Source: Candidatus Gastranaerophilales bacterium (GTDB lineage Bacteria; Cyanobacteriota; Vampirovibrionia; Gastranaerophilales; Gastranaerophilaceae). From it: 64,000 nucleotides of DNA. The position numbers were made by a program, and so were the translations under genes. The notes beneath the pieces were generated by a model that was not told where the DNA came from, searched no databases, and saw nothing but the letters and a program-made list of their open reading frames with translations. This document shows positions 49,489 to 59,578 of the stretch, piece after piece (position 1 is the first letter of the stretch; every line of letters begins with the position of its first letter). The stretch covers positions 21,159 through 85,158 of the forward strand of contig CALURL010000006.1 in assembly GCA_944323155.1 (NCBI GenBank), read 5' to 3'.

Positions 49489-50271
49489 CTACTTACACAT
49501 ATTTTTAGAATATGAAATTTCATAAATATTACTTAAACATTTCTCCGTATAATCAGAAATTACTTTATCTTTACTTTTACCCTCAATAAACCAATCAGTA
49601 AAATAATTTTCAGTAGGTGCTTTAATAGGTCTGTAATTGATATTTTTATTTAAATCATCTTTATTAAGAAACCCGTCAGAATACGGAGCGTGTAAAACAA
49701 TATATTTAAAATTTCCCTTGCATCTGTTTTTTAAAATATCATATATTTCATTAAGTTCATTTGCACAGACCTTTTCACCCTCTTTTATTGATGAAAAAAA
49801 TATAAGAGGTTTATTGGATTCTAACATGTTATAAAAATTTTTAATCCTTTGAATATAACGTTTTACAAAATGAATTTTGTCACGTTCTTTAAAATTATCA
49901 TGCGGAAAAATTACGCCTAATTTGTCATTAAACCAACAGTTATTTTCTACAGAATATGTAACATTATCAAAAAAATCCTTAAAGTCTGTTTTTAGAAAAT
50001 GCAAAACTGCACTAATAGGGGTTACAGAAAGATCAAACGGAAAAGAGAGTTCTCCATCTTTTTTTCTAAACTTAAAACCATTTTTAGTAAGCAGCATTCT
50101 TGGATAACAACTTGTTCCAAGTGGAATAAATGTATTCTTTTTTGCAAAAGTTTTATCACGGAAATTTAACTTTAAACCGCAAAAAAAATGTGGTATTCTA
50201 AATAGAATTATGGATATTCTTCCAAATTTTTGTTGCAATTCAAACAGTTTCATAACCGAAATTTTCCTCAT
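49489..50271 (-). CDS. Hypothetical protein (possibly DUF1796-like), adjacent to the GT8 gene
   Basis: 260-aa ORF. IPLGTSCYPRMLL..G......SFPFD resembles the N-terminus of the DUF1796 putative papain-like family as recalled from memory only. The true start may be internal. Confidence 0.45.
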   Translation of the reverse strand: MRKISVMKLFELQQKFGRISIILFRIPHFFCGLKLNFRDKTFAKKNTFIPLGTSCYPRMLLTKNGFKFRKKDGELSFPFDLSVTPISAVLHFLKTDFKDFFDNVTYSVENNCWFNDKLGVIFPHDNFKERDKIHFVKRYIQRIKNFYNMLESNKPLIFFSSIKEGEKVCANELNEIYDILKNRCKGNFKYIVLHAPYSDGFLNKDDLNKNINYRPIKAPTENYFTDWFIEGKSKDKVISDYTEKCLSNIYEISYSKNMCK

Positions 50272-50371
50272 TTAATTAATTATAAATAAAATCAAATAAT
50301 AAAAAAATCACCATTTGGCTATTTTTTTCATAAGGCTTGCAAAACTCTCTTGGGCAAAGTATTATTGTCCT

Positions 50372-52738
50372 ATGAATATTAGGGAAAAAAGTCTCAAATC
50401 TTTAGAATTTGATAAAATATTATATAAACTGGCCGACTTTGCAAAAACAAAACAAAGTAAAGAGTTATGCCTTAATCTAAAACCATGGCAGGATTCAAAC
50501 GTTATAAAAAAAGAATTGTATTATACCAGGGAAGCTAAATTTATTTTGGATTTACCGGCAGATATTCCTATTGAATATCTGGCTGATATTACAAAAATAA
50601 AAAACTCTATGACAGCGAGTTACCTTTGTGAAGAGGAATTAATTGATGTCGCTAAAACTTTAAGGACTTCAAGATTAATTAAAAATTTTTTAAATAATAA
50701 TTTAGATGACAATAAACAGCTAAAAACTCTCGCGGGGAATCTTATTTCTGAAAAAGATACAGAAGATAAAATTTTTTCAGTTTTCGATGAAAACCTAAAT
50801 ATTAAACAAGATGCCACTCCAGAGTTAAAAGGTCTCTATGCTGCTCTAAAAGATAATGAAAAAAACTTAAAAACAACAGTTTCAGAACTTCTAAACTCAA
50901 ACGAATTTTCAAAACACTTACAAGAAAATATATACACAACCCGTGATGACAGAATTGTGTTTCAGGTTATGGCATCTTCAAAAAGTAAAGTTCCTGGAAT
51001 TGTCCACGATGTATCTGCGACAAATAAAACTTTCTATATTGAACCACAGCAAATTGTTCCTCTTAACAACAAAATAAGAGAAATTAAGTCAAAAATACAC
51101 GCAGAACTCGTGAGAATTCTTGTTGCTTTAACTTCTATAATAAAAGATAAAATTAACGAAATTGCATTGAGCGAACAGATAATCGCTCAAATCGATTTCC
51201 ATTTTGCAAAAGCTAGATATGCAATAAAAACTGATGCTGTTGAGCCAGAAATTCTTAATGAAAAATTCATTAGTTTTGAAAACATGAAACATCCGCTGCT
51301 TATCGGAAATGTTGAAAATGTTGTTACAAACGACTTTGAAATCGGCAAGGATTATAAATCAATAATTATCACAGGCTCAAATACCGGCGGCAAAACAGTT
51401 ACAATAAAAACAATCGGTTTATTTATACTTATGGCAAAAGCCGGAATGTTTCTGCCCTGCACAATGGCAAAAGTTTATCCATTTAAAGATATATTTGCCG
51501 ATATCGGAGATGACCAGAGTATTTTGCAAAATCTTTCAACTTTTTCATCCCATATGAAAAATATCATTGAAATCTTGAATAACAGCAATCAAGAAACATT
51601 TGTTTTACTAGACGAAATATGTGCAGGCACAGATCCTGTTGAAGGTGCAGTTCTGGCACAGGTAATTCTAGAAAAAATCGCGGAAAAGGGTTGTTTTTCA
51701 ACAATTACAACCCACTACGGAGAACTCAAGGCATTAGAATATTCAAATCCTTATTTTAAAAATGCCTCTGTGGAATTTAATACAGAAACGCTAAAACCAA
51801 CATACAAACTTTTAATTGGAATTCCTGGTTTGAGCAACGCAATTGCAATTTCTGCAAACCTTGGCCTGGAAAAAGATATTGTTGATAAAGCAAAAAATAT
51901 AATAGTTTCCCAAAAAGATCCATCAATCATTGTCGTAGAAAAACTGCAGGAAACTCAGGCAAAACTTACACAAAATCTTGAAGAAACAGAAAAAATTAAA
52001 GAAGAATCAGAAATTCTAAAATCAGAATATGAACAAAATCTTCAAACAATAAAAAAAGATAAAAAGAAAACAGTTAAACATATAAAAGAAAAGTTTTCTC
52101 ATGAAATTCTAAATGCAAAGGATGAAATTAAAGAAATTCTAACCGAATTACGCCGTGAGAAATCCGAAAAAATTGCACGCCGCTCTTACGCAAGACTCGC
52201 ACAAATGGAAAAAGACTTTAACGATGAATTAAGTCAATTCGACGAAAAGCAGGAATACGAACAAATTGACTGGGATAAGATAAAAATCAATGACAAAGTT
52301 ATCCTTAAAGAACTTCATCAAGTAGTTGAAATTCTTTCATTACCTGACAAAAATAAGAATGTATTTGTTCAAATGGGGAATTTTAAAACAAAAATTGCAT
52401 GCGACAAACTTGCTCCATACGATAAAATTTATGAACAAAAAGACAAAATTTACAGACCAAATAATTTAAAAAACTTTGAATTAAAGAAAGCAAGTTTTTC
52501 AAACACACTTGATCTTAGAGGTTATAAAGTTGAAGATGCTTTAGATAGTCTTGAACTTTATTTAGATAAAGCCAGTTTATCAAACGTCTCACCGGTTTAT
52601 ATAATACACGGGCACGGAACAGGTGCGCTAAAAGCAGCTGTTAGAGAATTTTTATCAACATCGCCTTATGTATCAGCTTATAGACCTGGCGAAGACGGTG
52701 AAGGCGGAGACGGCGTAAGCGTTATAGAGATTAAATAA
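50372..52738 (+). CDS. mutS2: Endonuclease MutS2 (MutS domain V plus Smr)
   Basis: Walker A ITGSNTGGKTV, LLDEICAGTDP, C-terminal Smr (LDLRGYKVEDAL...IIHGHGTGALK). ATG 50372 preferred over the TTG 50315 track start. Confidence 0.9.
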   Translation: MNIREKSLKSLEFDKILYKLADFAKTKQSKELCLNLKPWQDSNVIKKELYYTREAKFILDLPADIPIEYLADITKIKNSMTASYLCEEELIDVAKTLRTSRLIKNFLNNNLDDNKQLKTLAGNLISEKDTEDKIFSVFDENLNIKQDATPELKGLYAALKDNEKNLKTTVSELLNSNEFSKHLQENIYTTRDDRIVFQVMASSKSKVPGIVHDVSATNKTFYIEPQQIVPLNNKIREIKSKIHAELVRILVALTSIIKDKINEIALSEQIIAQIDFHFAKARYAIKTDAVEPEILNEKFISFENMKHPLLIGNVENVVTNDFEIGKDYKSIIITGSNTGGKTVTIKTIGLFILMAKAGMFLPCTMAKVYPFKDIFADIGDDQSILQNLSTFSSHMKNIIEILNNSNQETFVLLDEICAGTDPVEGAVLAQVILEKIAEKGCFSTITTHYGELKALEYSNPYFKNASVEFNTETLKPTYKLLIGIPGLSNAIAISANLGLEKDIVDKAKNIIVSQKDPSIIVVEKLQETQAKLTQNLEETEKIKEESEILKSEYEQNLQTIKKDKKKTVKHIKEKFSHEILNAKDEIKEILTELRREKSEKIARRSYARLAQMEKDFNDELSQFDEKQEYEQIDWDKIKINDKVILKELHQVVEILSLPDKNKNVFVQMGNFKTKIACDKLAPYDKIYEQKDKIYRPNNLKNFELKKASFSNTLDLRGYKVEDALDSLELYLDKASLSNVSPVYIIHGHGTGALKAAVREFLSTSPYVSAYRPGEDGEGGDGVSVIEIK

Positions 52739-52808
52739 AAAAATATTTGCTATATAAAAAAAATAATGTTATTATATTTTATGCACTAGATATTATGGAG
52801 CCAAAATT

Positions 52809-53969
52809 ATGGATTTAAATAACATTAGAAACGAATATGAATTAATTGATTTATTTTGTAACCTTGCAGAAATTCCTTCACCTTCGCTAAAGGAGGAAAA
52901 AGTTGCAAACTGGATAAAAACCTATTGTGATAACAATGGAATTCCTTGCGAATTTGACAATTATAATAACGTTTATATAAATATTCCAGCGACAGATGCA
53001 ACCAAACAGCCGCTGTTATTATCATCCCACATGGATGTAATTGGAGACGATAGCCCTGTAAAAACCTATCTTGACGGGGATTTTATCAGAGCACAAGGCA
53101 GAACATTAGGAGCTGATGACAAAGCCGGCGTCGCTAATGCACTTTTACTTGCCAAAGAGCTTGTTAATTCTGACATAAAACACGGCGGATTAGAAATTAT
53201 GCTTACAAGAGACGAAGAATCCGGAATGTCAGGAATTAAACATGTTGAATTTGATAAAATTAATTCCAAATACGTTCTTGTCTGTGACAGTGATTCACTA
53301 GGACAATTAGAAGTAGCAGGTGCCAGCTATACTCTTGTAAATATAAAAGTACATTCATATAAAGGCGGTCATTCAGGGATTGATATTGCAGATGAAACAA
53401 GAGAAAATGCAGCGAAATTAATTGCAGATATAGTCGCAAATCTTCCACAAGGCGTATATTATTCGGAAAATGATGAAGTTATAACTTCCTGCAATATCGG
53501 AGGAATTCACTCTGGAGATATTAATGTTACAAACATAATTAACACTGATGCAGAAGTAAGTTATTCTATACGCAGCTCAAGTCGCAAATATGAAGAAGAG
53601 CTAAAAAATCGTATGATTTTAGAAGTTTACGAGTTTAATCACGAATATAGCGGAGTTGCAGAAGCAAAAATAACATTTGAAGAACACTTACCGCCATTTG
53701 AAAAAGTAGATGATGAATATATTCCTATACTTTTCGAGACAGCAGCGAAAAAAGTTGGAGTAAAACCTGAAATATCTTCATTCCATGCAGGTGCAGAAAC
53801 ACACATTTATGCAAACAAAACAAATTCAAAAGGTGAAAAATTTACACCTTACCTTGTAGGACTTGCTACAGTATGTAATATGCATTCAAAAGAAGAATAT
53901 TTAGACTACAAAACGATATTAAAAGGCCATGAGCTTTTGGTTGAATTTTTCCGTGCTTATAATTCATAA
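52809..53969 (+). CDS. M20 family metallopeptidase (peptidase T-like)
   Basis: SSHMDVIG, GADDKAGVA, TRDEESGMSG metal-binding blocks. Confidence 0.75.
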   Translation: MDLNNIRNEYELIDLFCNLAEIPSPSLKEEKVANWIKTYCDNNGIPCEFDNYNNVYINIPATDATKQPLLLSSHMDVIGDDSPVKTYLDGDFIRAQGRTLGADDKAGVANALLLAKELVNSDIKHGGLEIMLTRDEESGMSGIKHVEFDKINSKYVLVCDSDSLGQLEVAGASYTLVNIKVHSYKGGHSGIDIADETRENAAKLIADIVANLPQGVYYSENDEVITSCNIGGIHSGDINVTNIINTDAEVSYSIRSSSRKYEEELKNRMILEVYEFNHEYSGVAEAKITFEEHLPPFEKVDDEYIPILFETAAKKVGVKPEISSFHAGAETHIYANKTNSKGEKFTPYLVGLATVCNMHSKEEYLDYKTILKGHELLVEFFRAYNS

Positions 53970-53977
53970 GTAGGCTT

Positions 53978-54033
53978 AACTGTAGATTGGGTTTCCACCC
54001 CAACAAAATGTAGTTGTGCATCTCGCCCAACAA
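53978..54033 (+). repeat. Two tandem REP-like hairpin units
   Basis: AACTGTAGATTGGGTTTCCACCCCAACAA + AATGTAGTTGTGCATCTCGCCCAACAA. Same unit and orientation as 1808-1837, located at the 3' side of the 620-aa gene. Confidence 0.7.
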
Positions 54034-54039
54034 TAGAAC

Positions 54040-55902
54040 TTATGAAAATGCTTTGAATGAACGTTCAACGTTTTTGTCTATAACACTTTTAATTGAATCG
54101 TACTCAGTTTGAAGTGCACTGTGTTCTGTGTCTAATTTTTTCAAATCCTGATCGTATTTTTTGTCTTGTTGTTCAATTTCAGTTAAAGCGTTTTGATATT
54201 TAACTTCAGCTTTAGCAATAGCAGCGTCGTTTTGTTCAGAAGAAATATCAGCTACGCTGTTGTATTGAATAGATACCCAATCAACAGTACCGATATTAGG
54301 ATATTCATCAGAGCCGTTTTCTGAGAATGTAACCTGTTCAAGCGAGATAATACCGTGTTCAAGCGCAAATTGTAACCATTCGGCATTATTCATCAAATTG
54401 CTGTCAAGAACTTTGTAACTGTTGCTGTTATCTTGTTTTTCAGTTTCAGAAATACCGCCCATTCTGTACCACAAATTTTTGTACCATTCATATTTAGGGT
54501 CGTTTTCATCTGCTGTCAATTGTGGCGGAAGATTAGCAATAGCGTCAAGAAGAGTTTGTTGTTTCAACTCAACTTCTGCCTTCCAGGCTTTAACACTTTC
54601 TTGAAAAGCAACATACTGCTGTTCCCAGGAATCATGTGCTGGAACAAATTCTGTCATTGCTTCGCTAATAATTTGAGAATTTAAATTAGCTAATTTATTA
54701 TAAAATTCATTCCATTGAGCAACCAACTCAGCTTCAGATTTAGCAGAGCCACCTCCAGATATTGTATACCTGTTACTATCTAATTGTACTGTTGATGTTC
54801 CAACACAACCATTTTTATCAAGATAATTGATAACATCACAGTATAAATCTATTGCATATTGAATCATATCCTGTACACATGCATAATCTCCAGAATAGTC
54901 ATTTAGAGCTTTTCCTAAAGCTTTTGATGTTGAAGTATCAGTGAACTGGTAATTTGTCAAAGATACATATGAAGAAGATGTTCCACTTGCAGTTACCGTT
55001 ATACCGCTGGAACTTGTTATTGTGCCTGAGCCTAACCCATTTCCACCCCATAAAAGAGCAGACAAATTATGTTCCATATGTCCAATACCTTCTGCTGTGT
55101 CAGTTACAGAAGGATGGCATTGCTGCCCATTATAGTCAGTAACTAATTTTGAGAAATCCGGCAAAGTCGGCATAACCGGCTCATCCCCAAAATCCCAAGA
55201 TGGCGGGTTTGATACTGTATCAAGGTAGTCGCCTAATTGACCTTTGATGCTGTAGGTATGACCGTTCAAATACTGATCCATCCAACCAGTACTGCCGTTT
55301 GACATCTGAGATACCCAGTTATTATAACCGGTTGATGTTATATTACCGGAGCCTAAAGTTGGAAGACCGCTGTTATAATTGTTTAACCAAGTATTTGCTG
55401 TACCGTCAAATAAGCCATTTATAACATTATTACCAATATATGTTGCTGCATCATCATCAGTTGTGCAACCTGCCATTATCTGATCATAATTTTCACCAAA
55501 CAAAGTTGTCATTGCTGATGCGTATTCCGGATTATCTGTCAACGGAACATCGTAGCAAGCCAAAAATTCAGCTAATGTGTCGCTGTTTTCATAATTCTGT
55601 CTATCAATATCGCTTACCATTAACTGACCTGATGAGTTAATTAGACCGTATTGTGTTTTTAATTCACTATAATTCATCAATACAGAAGGAGTTAAACTTT
55701 GAGTAGTTTTTGCTCCTGTGCTGTCATAACTTACATAAGTAAGTTCAGATGAATTCAAAGCCTTCATATATTCAGAACTTGCTTCTGATGATTTATCAGC
55801 AAGACGAAGTTTTGAATTTGTAATCAATTGAGAGCGCATTTCATTATCGGTCAATCTGGCCGTAATGCTTAACAATCTCGCTTGTGCTGCTGACATTCCC
55901 AT
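54040..55902 (-). CDS. Hypothetical 620-aa protein: helical N- and C-terminal regions, S/T/G/N-rich core, no signal peptide
   Basis: Long clean ORF. N-terminus is MGMSAAQARLLSITARLTDNEMRSQLITNSKLRLADK. C-terminus is ..KAEVKYQNALTEIEQQDKKYDQDLKKLDTEHSALQTEYDSIKSVIDKN (heptad-like). No motif I can assign. Confidence 0.7.
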   Translation of the reverse strand: MGMSAAQARLLSITARLTDNEMRSQLITNSKLRLADKSSEASSEYMKALNSSELTYVSYDSTGAKTTQSLTPSVLMNYSELKTQYGLINSSGQLMVSDIDRQNYENSDTLAEFLACYDVPLTDNPEYASAMTTLFGENYDQIMAGCTTDDDAATYIGNNVINGLFDGTANTWLNNYNSGLPTLGSGNITSTGYNNWVSQMSNGSTGWMDQYLNGHTYSIKGQLGDYLDTVSNPPSWDFGDEPVMPTLPDFSKLVTDYNGQQCHPSVTDTAEGIGHMEHNLSALLWGGNGLGSGTITSSSGITVTASGTSSSYVSLTNYQFTDTSTSKALGKALNDYSGDYACVQDMIQYAIDLYCDVINYLDKNGCVGTSTVQLDSNRYTISGGGSAKSEAELVAQWNEFYNKLANLNSQIISEAMTEFVPAHDSWEQQYVAFQESVKAWKAEVELKQQTLLDAIANLPPQLTADENDPKYEWYKNLWYRMGGISETEKQDNSNSYKVLDSNLMNNAEWLQFALEHGIISLEQVTFSENGSDEYPNIGTVDWVSIQYNSVADISSEQNDAAIAKAEVKYQNALTEIEQQDKKYDQDLKKLDTEHSALQTEYDSIKSVIDKNVERSFKAFS

Positions 55903-56023
55903 TGTTGTAACAAGTTCCTTTCTTTAGATTAATTCCTTTGATACACATGTATCTACGACAGTTTTTGCCTGAAACTTTAAGAATAAAAAAGATTATGTTA
56001 CAAATGTTAACAATAAGTTTACC

Positions 56024-56064
56024 TTGTTGGGCAGGTATGCCCAACAACAGAACTGTCCCAACAC
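56024..56064. repeat. REP-like perfect hairpin plus half unit
   Basis: TTGTTGGGCA-GGTA-TGCCCAACAA (10-bp perfect stem, 56024-56047), then CAGAACTGTCCCAACAC. Confidence 0.75.
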
Positions 56065-56066
56065 AA

Positions 56067-56093
56067 AACAGACAGCCATTTGGGCTGTCTGTT
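56067..56093 (-). terminator. Rho-independent terminator after the lytic transglycosylase gene
   Basis: Minus strand: AACAGACAGCC-CAAA-TGGCTGTCTGTT followed by TTGTGTT. Confidence 0.65.
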
Positions 56094-56127
56094 AACACAT
56101 TTTGTTTAAACTTTTTACACTGTCTAT

Positions 56128-56784
56128 CTAAATAGCAACTGTTTGAGTTTCCAATTTCAACTCAATTTGTTTTTCATCCAAAACTTCAACATGCAAGTCT
56201 TTTGCATCCTGAACTTTCATATTTGTTTTGTTTGGAACAGGAGCTTTTGCCATAGTGTGTTGAAGTGATTTTGAAGCAGCAACAGCCTGAGCGTGATTAT
56301 TTTTTACTTTAACCACAATAGGATCAGGATTGTGTTTCTGTCTGTTGACATCTGTCATAATTTTAGAAACAAATCTTCTTGTTTCCCCATAAGGAGGTAC
56401 TGCTCTGTAACGTTTAACGTTTCCAGGGCCGGCATTGTAAGCTGCAAGTGCCAATTCAACAGAGCCAAACATATTATACATTTTTTTGTAATACATAATT
56501 CCGCCTCTGATGTTATCATTTAAAGAATACGGATTAAGCCCCATTCTTCTTGCAGTAGAAGGCATTAATTGAAATACGCCGACTGCCCCGTGAGCGCTTC
56601 TTGCTTCATGACGGAAACCTGATTCTGTTCTTGCAATGCTTAACGCAATTGCAGGATCAACCCCTAATTCAAGAGCATGTTTTACTATTGTTGCTTTTAC
56701 AGAATTGACATCGGCAGCGTTCGCCTGAGCCTGTGTGAATACTATACACACCAGTGTAAAAGTTAACAGTAATAGTTTTTTCAA
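56128..56784 (-). CDS. Lytic transglycosylase (SLT domain), secreted
   Basis: Signal peptide, ESGFRHEA catalytic Glu block, GVFQLMPSTA, AAYNAGPGNV. Confidence 0.85.
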   Translation of the reverse strand: MKKLLLLTFTLVCIVFTQAQANAADVNSVKATIVKHALELGVDPAIALSIARTESGFRHEARSAHGAVGVFQLMPSTARRMGLNPYSLNDNIRGGIMYYKKMYNMFGSVELALAAYNAGPGNVKRYRAVPPYGETRRFVSKIMTDVNRQKHNPDPIVVKVKNNHAQAVAASKSLQHTMAKAPVPNKTNMKVQDAKDLHVEVLDEKQIELKLETQTVAI

Positions 56785-57089
56785 AATGTAATCCTCTATG
56801 TTGTAAATTGAAAATTTCCAAAAGCGACACCCTAAATAGTTCTATAAAGGAAGCCATTGCTTCCGGAAATAAAAAAGTTTATATAATTATGATATGACAA
56901 AAATATAAAATTTCAACCCCTAAGCAAAAATTGCAAAAACCAATATTGGCTTATTGCTTGGCACACCAGCTTTTTGAGTGTATTGTAAACAATTATAAAT
57001 TCATCAATTTTTATGATTTTATTACATTATTTTTTTATATTCATGATAAAATTTTTATAGTTATACTAAAAATGAGAGGAAGACTTAAA

Positions 57090-57893
57090 ATGGAAAACAA
57101 AAAATTAGCAACAGTCGGTGTATTTGGCGGGTCTGGATTTTATAAATTTCTTGACGATATAGAAGAAATTAAAGTTGAAACACCGTATGGAATGCCGAGT
57201 GATAATGTATTTTTAGGCACAATTGGCAAACATAAAGTTGCATTTATTCCAAGACATGGAAGAAATCATACAATACTTCCTCACTTAATAAATTACAGAG
57301 CAAACGTTTGGGCAATGAAATCCATCGGATGCGAAAGAGTAATTTCTCCTTGCGCTGCAGGAAGTTTGCAAAAACATGTTAAACCAGGCGATTTTGTAGT
57401 ATGTGATCAGTTTGTAGACTGGACAGACGGAAGAAAAACAACATTCTTTGAAGGACCTATCGTTACTCACCCGTCTGCTGCTGAAACTTACTGTCCGGAA
57501 CTTAGGAAATTAGCAATAGAAACAGGTAAAGAATTAGGTATTACAATACATGAACAAGGAACAGTTGTCGTAATTAACGGCCCAAGATTCTCTACAAAAG
57601 CAGAATCTAAATTCTTTACAAATCAGGGCTGGGAAGTTATAAATATGACCGCTTTCCCTGAAGCTTATCTAGTAAAAGAAATGGACATGTGTCCACTTAA
57701 CATTTCTCTTATTACAGATTATGATGCAGGCCTGGTAGGAGATGTTCCGCCGGTATCACATCATGAAGTAATTCAGGTATTTAATAATAACGTAGCTAAC
57801 CTTAAATCATTGTTATTCAATATGATTGAAAAAATTCCAACAGAAAGAAATAACTGCACTTGCGCAAATACCAAGAAAAATTCTCAATTGTAA
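57090..57893 (+). CDS. mtnP: S-methyl-5'-thioadenosine phosphorylase
   Basis: VGVFGGSGFY, FIPRHGRNH, ..NMT..PE.. blocks of the PNP/MTAP family. ATG 57090 has a GAGAGGAAG RBS; the track ORF start at 56931 looks spurious. Confidence 0.85.
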   Translation: MENKKLATVGVFGGSGFYKFLDDIEEIKVETPYGMPSDNVFLGTIGKHKVAFIPRHGRNHTILPHLINYRANVWAMKSIGCERVISPCAAGSLQKHVKPGDFVVCDQFVDWTDGRKTTFFEGPIVTHPSAAETYCPELRKLAIETGKELGITIHEQGTVVVINGPRFSTKAESKFFTNQGWEVINMTAFPEAYLVKEMDMCPLNISLITDYDAGLVGDVPPVSHHEVIQVFNNNVANLKSLLFNMIEKIPTERNNCTCANTKKNSQL

Positions 57894-57920
57894 AAACGTA
57901 AAGCGGCCTGACGGAGGAAT

Positions 57921-58193
57921 TTGATGAACGGAATAATTTATGGAATAAATAATATATTCAACTTATACTTTTTCTTAATAATTTTAAGGATATTTTTAAG
58001 CTGGATTCCAAGTATCAGGTGGGAAAATAACCCGTGGAGAACTATCCGTTCCGTAACCGACATATATCTGGATTTATTTAGAACAATTATTCCGCCATAC
58101 AAAGGACTTGATTTTTCTCCGATTATTGCACTGCTTGTGTTACAAATCATGCAATATGCAATAGTTTACATATTATTGTTACTTTTCAGGTAA
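57921..58193 (+). CDS. YggT family membrane protein (Ycf19-like)
   Basis: 90 aa, LIILRIFLSWIP... and DFSPIIALLVLQ are typical YGGT repeats. Confidence 0.8.
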   Translation: MMNGIIYGINNIFNLYFFLIILRIFLSWIPSIRWENNPWRTIRSVTDIYLDLFRTIIPPYKGLDFSPIIALLVLQIMQYAIVYILLLLFR

Positions 58194-58236
58194 TAAACTT
58201 GTAAAAAACTTTTCATTAATATATAATTCGTTTGTT

Positions 58237-59577
58237 ATGAAGATTATAATTTACGGCGCAACAGAAATTGGCTGTCTGCTTGCAACAGAATTTTTTGAAG
58301 ACCACGATATAACAATTATTGATAAAGAAGAAAACAGAACTGATGAATGCAACAAATTAGACATAAGTTTTGTTCATGGGAATGCTTCTAATATCGATGT
58401 ATTAAAAAATGCAGATATACTTGATGCAGATATATTTATAGCCTGTACTGCAGTTGACGAAGCAAATATAGTAGCATGCCTTACCGCAAAAAAAATTAGC
58501 GGGATTAGAACAATCTGTTTTGTAAGTAAAGAAGAATACAAAAAAACTTTAAGTTTTTCTAAAGGCGGCGAACATTTTTGTGACTTTTTTATCGACTACA
58601 TTATCTGGCCGGAAGAACTCCTAACTCAGGATATATTCAGAGTTGTGACAGTTGCACATGCTCTTGATGTTGAAAATTTTGCAGATGGCAAAGCAAGATT
58701 ACTTGAATTTAAAATAAAAGAGGGTTCTCCGCTTGCAAACAAAAAAGTTAAAGATTGCAGTTTTCCTAAAGAAACTCTTATAGTCGGCGTCACAAGAAAC
58801 AGTGAATTATTTATCCCGTACGGAGAAACAGAGTTATGCGTGGATGACAAGTTAATCTTTATGGGTACATCACACTCACTCGACATCTTAGCCGGAACAT
58901 TTTTCCACGAAAAAGAATACGTAAAAACAGCCGCAATTATAGGCGGTGGAAATGTCGGTTTAATGCTTGCAAAAAGTCTTGAAGCAATGAAAATTAAAAC
59001 AAAAATTATTGAAACCGACTACGATCGCTGCCAGCTTATTGCAGAAGAATTAAAACATACTCTCGTAATAAACGGTGATGGAACGAATTTACAGCTGCTT
59101 GATGAAGAAGAAATCGGTGCAAGTGATGTTGTAATAAGCGTTACAAATAACGATGAAAGAAATCTTCTATGCTCACTTTTATCAAAACAATTAGGTGTAA
59201 AACGCGTAATCGCACGAGTTGCAAAAGTTATTAATATTCCGCTTTTTGAAAAAGTTGGTATTGATGTTGCGATTTCACCAAAAACATCAGCACTAAATGA
59301 GGTTAAAAACGATCTTGCAGAAAATGATGTTGATATTCTGGCAACAGTGGAACAAGGTCAGGGGGAAGTTCTTGAGATTGCAGTAATATCAGAATTCAAC
59401 AACAAACGTATTATGGATATACATATGCCTGCTCTTGCAGTAATCGGTGTTATACAGAGAAATAACAGCATAGTTATCCCAAAAGGAGATACGACTATTT
59501 ACACAAATGACACTTTAATTATTTTTACAAAAGCAGAATCAGCAAAATCTATTAAGGAATTTTTTAAGGTAAAATAG
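58237..59577 (+). CDS. trkA: Trk system potassium uptake protein TrkA (two RCK/NAD-binding modules)
   Basis: 446 aa. MKIIIYGATEIG and AAIIGGGNVGLMLA Rossmann motifs; adjacent to trkH. Confidence 0.88.
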   Translation: MKIIIYGATEIGCLLATEFFEDHDITIIDKEENRTDECNKLDISFVHGNASNIDVLKNADILDADIFIACTAVDEANIVACLTAKKISGIRTICFVSKEEYKKTLSFSKGGEHFCDFFIDYIIWPEELLTQDIFRVVTVAHALDVENFADGKARLLEFKIKEGSPLANKKVKDCSFPKETLIVGVTRNSELFIPYGETELCVDDKLIFMGTSHSLDILAGTFFHEKEYVKTAAIIGGGNVGLMLAKSLEAMKIKTKIIETDYDRCQLIAEELKHTLVINGDGTNLQLLDEEEIGASDVVISVTNNDERNLLCSLLSKQLGVKRVIARVAKVINIPLFEKVGIDVAISPKTSALNEVKNDLAENDVDILATVEQGQGEVLEIAVISEFNNKRIMDIHMPALAVIGVIQRNNSIVIPKGDTTIYTNDTLIIFTKAESAKSIKEFFKVK

Positions 59578-59578
59578 A

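Noticed and set aside
55844-56135. Track ORFs 55844..56098 (-) and 55938..56135 (+) between the 620-aa gene and the transglycosylase gene
   Set aside because: They overlap the promoter region, the REP-like palindrome and a terminator hairpin, and have no RBS or motif. Treated as non-coding.
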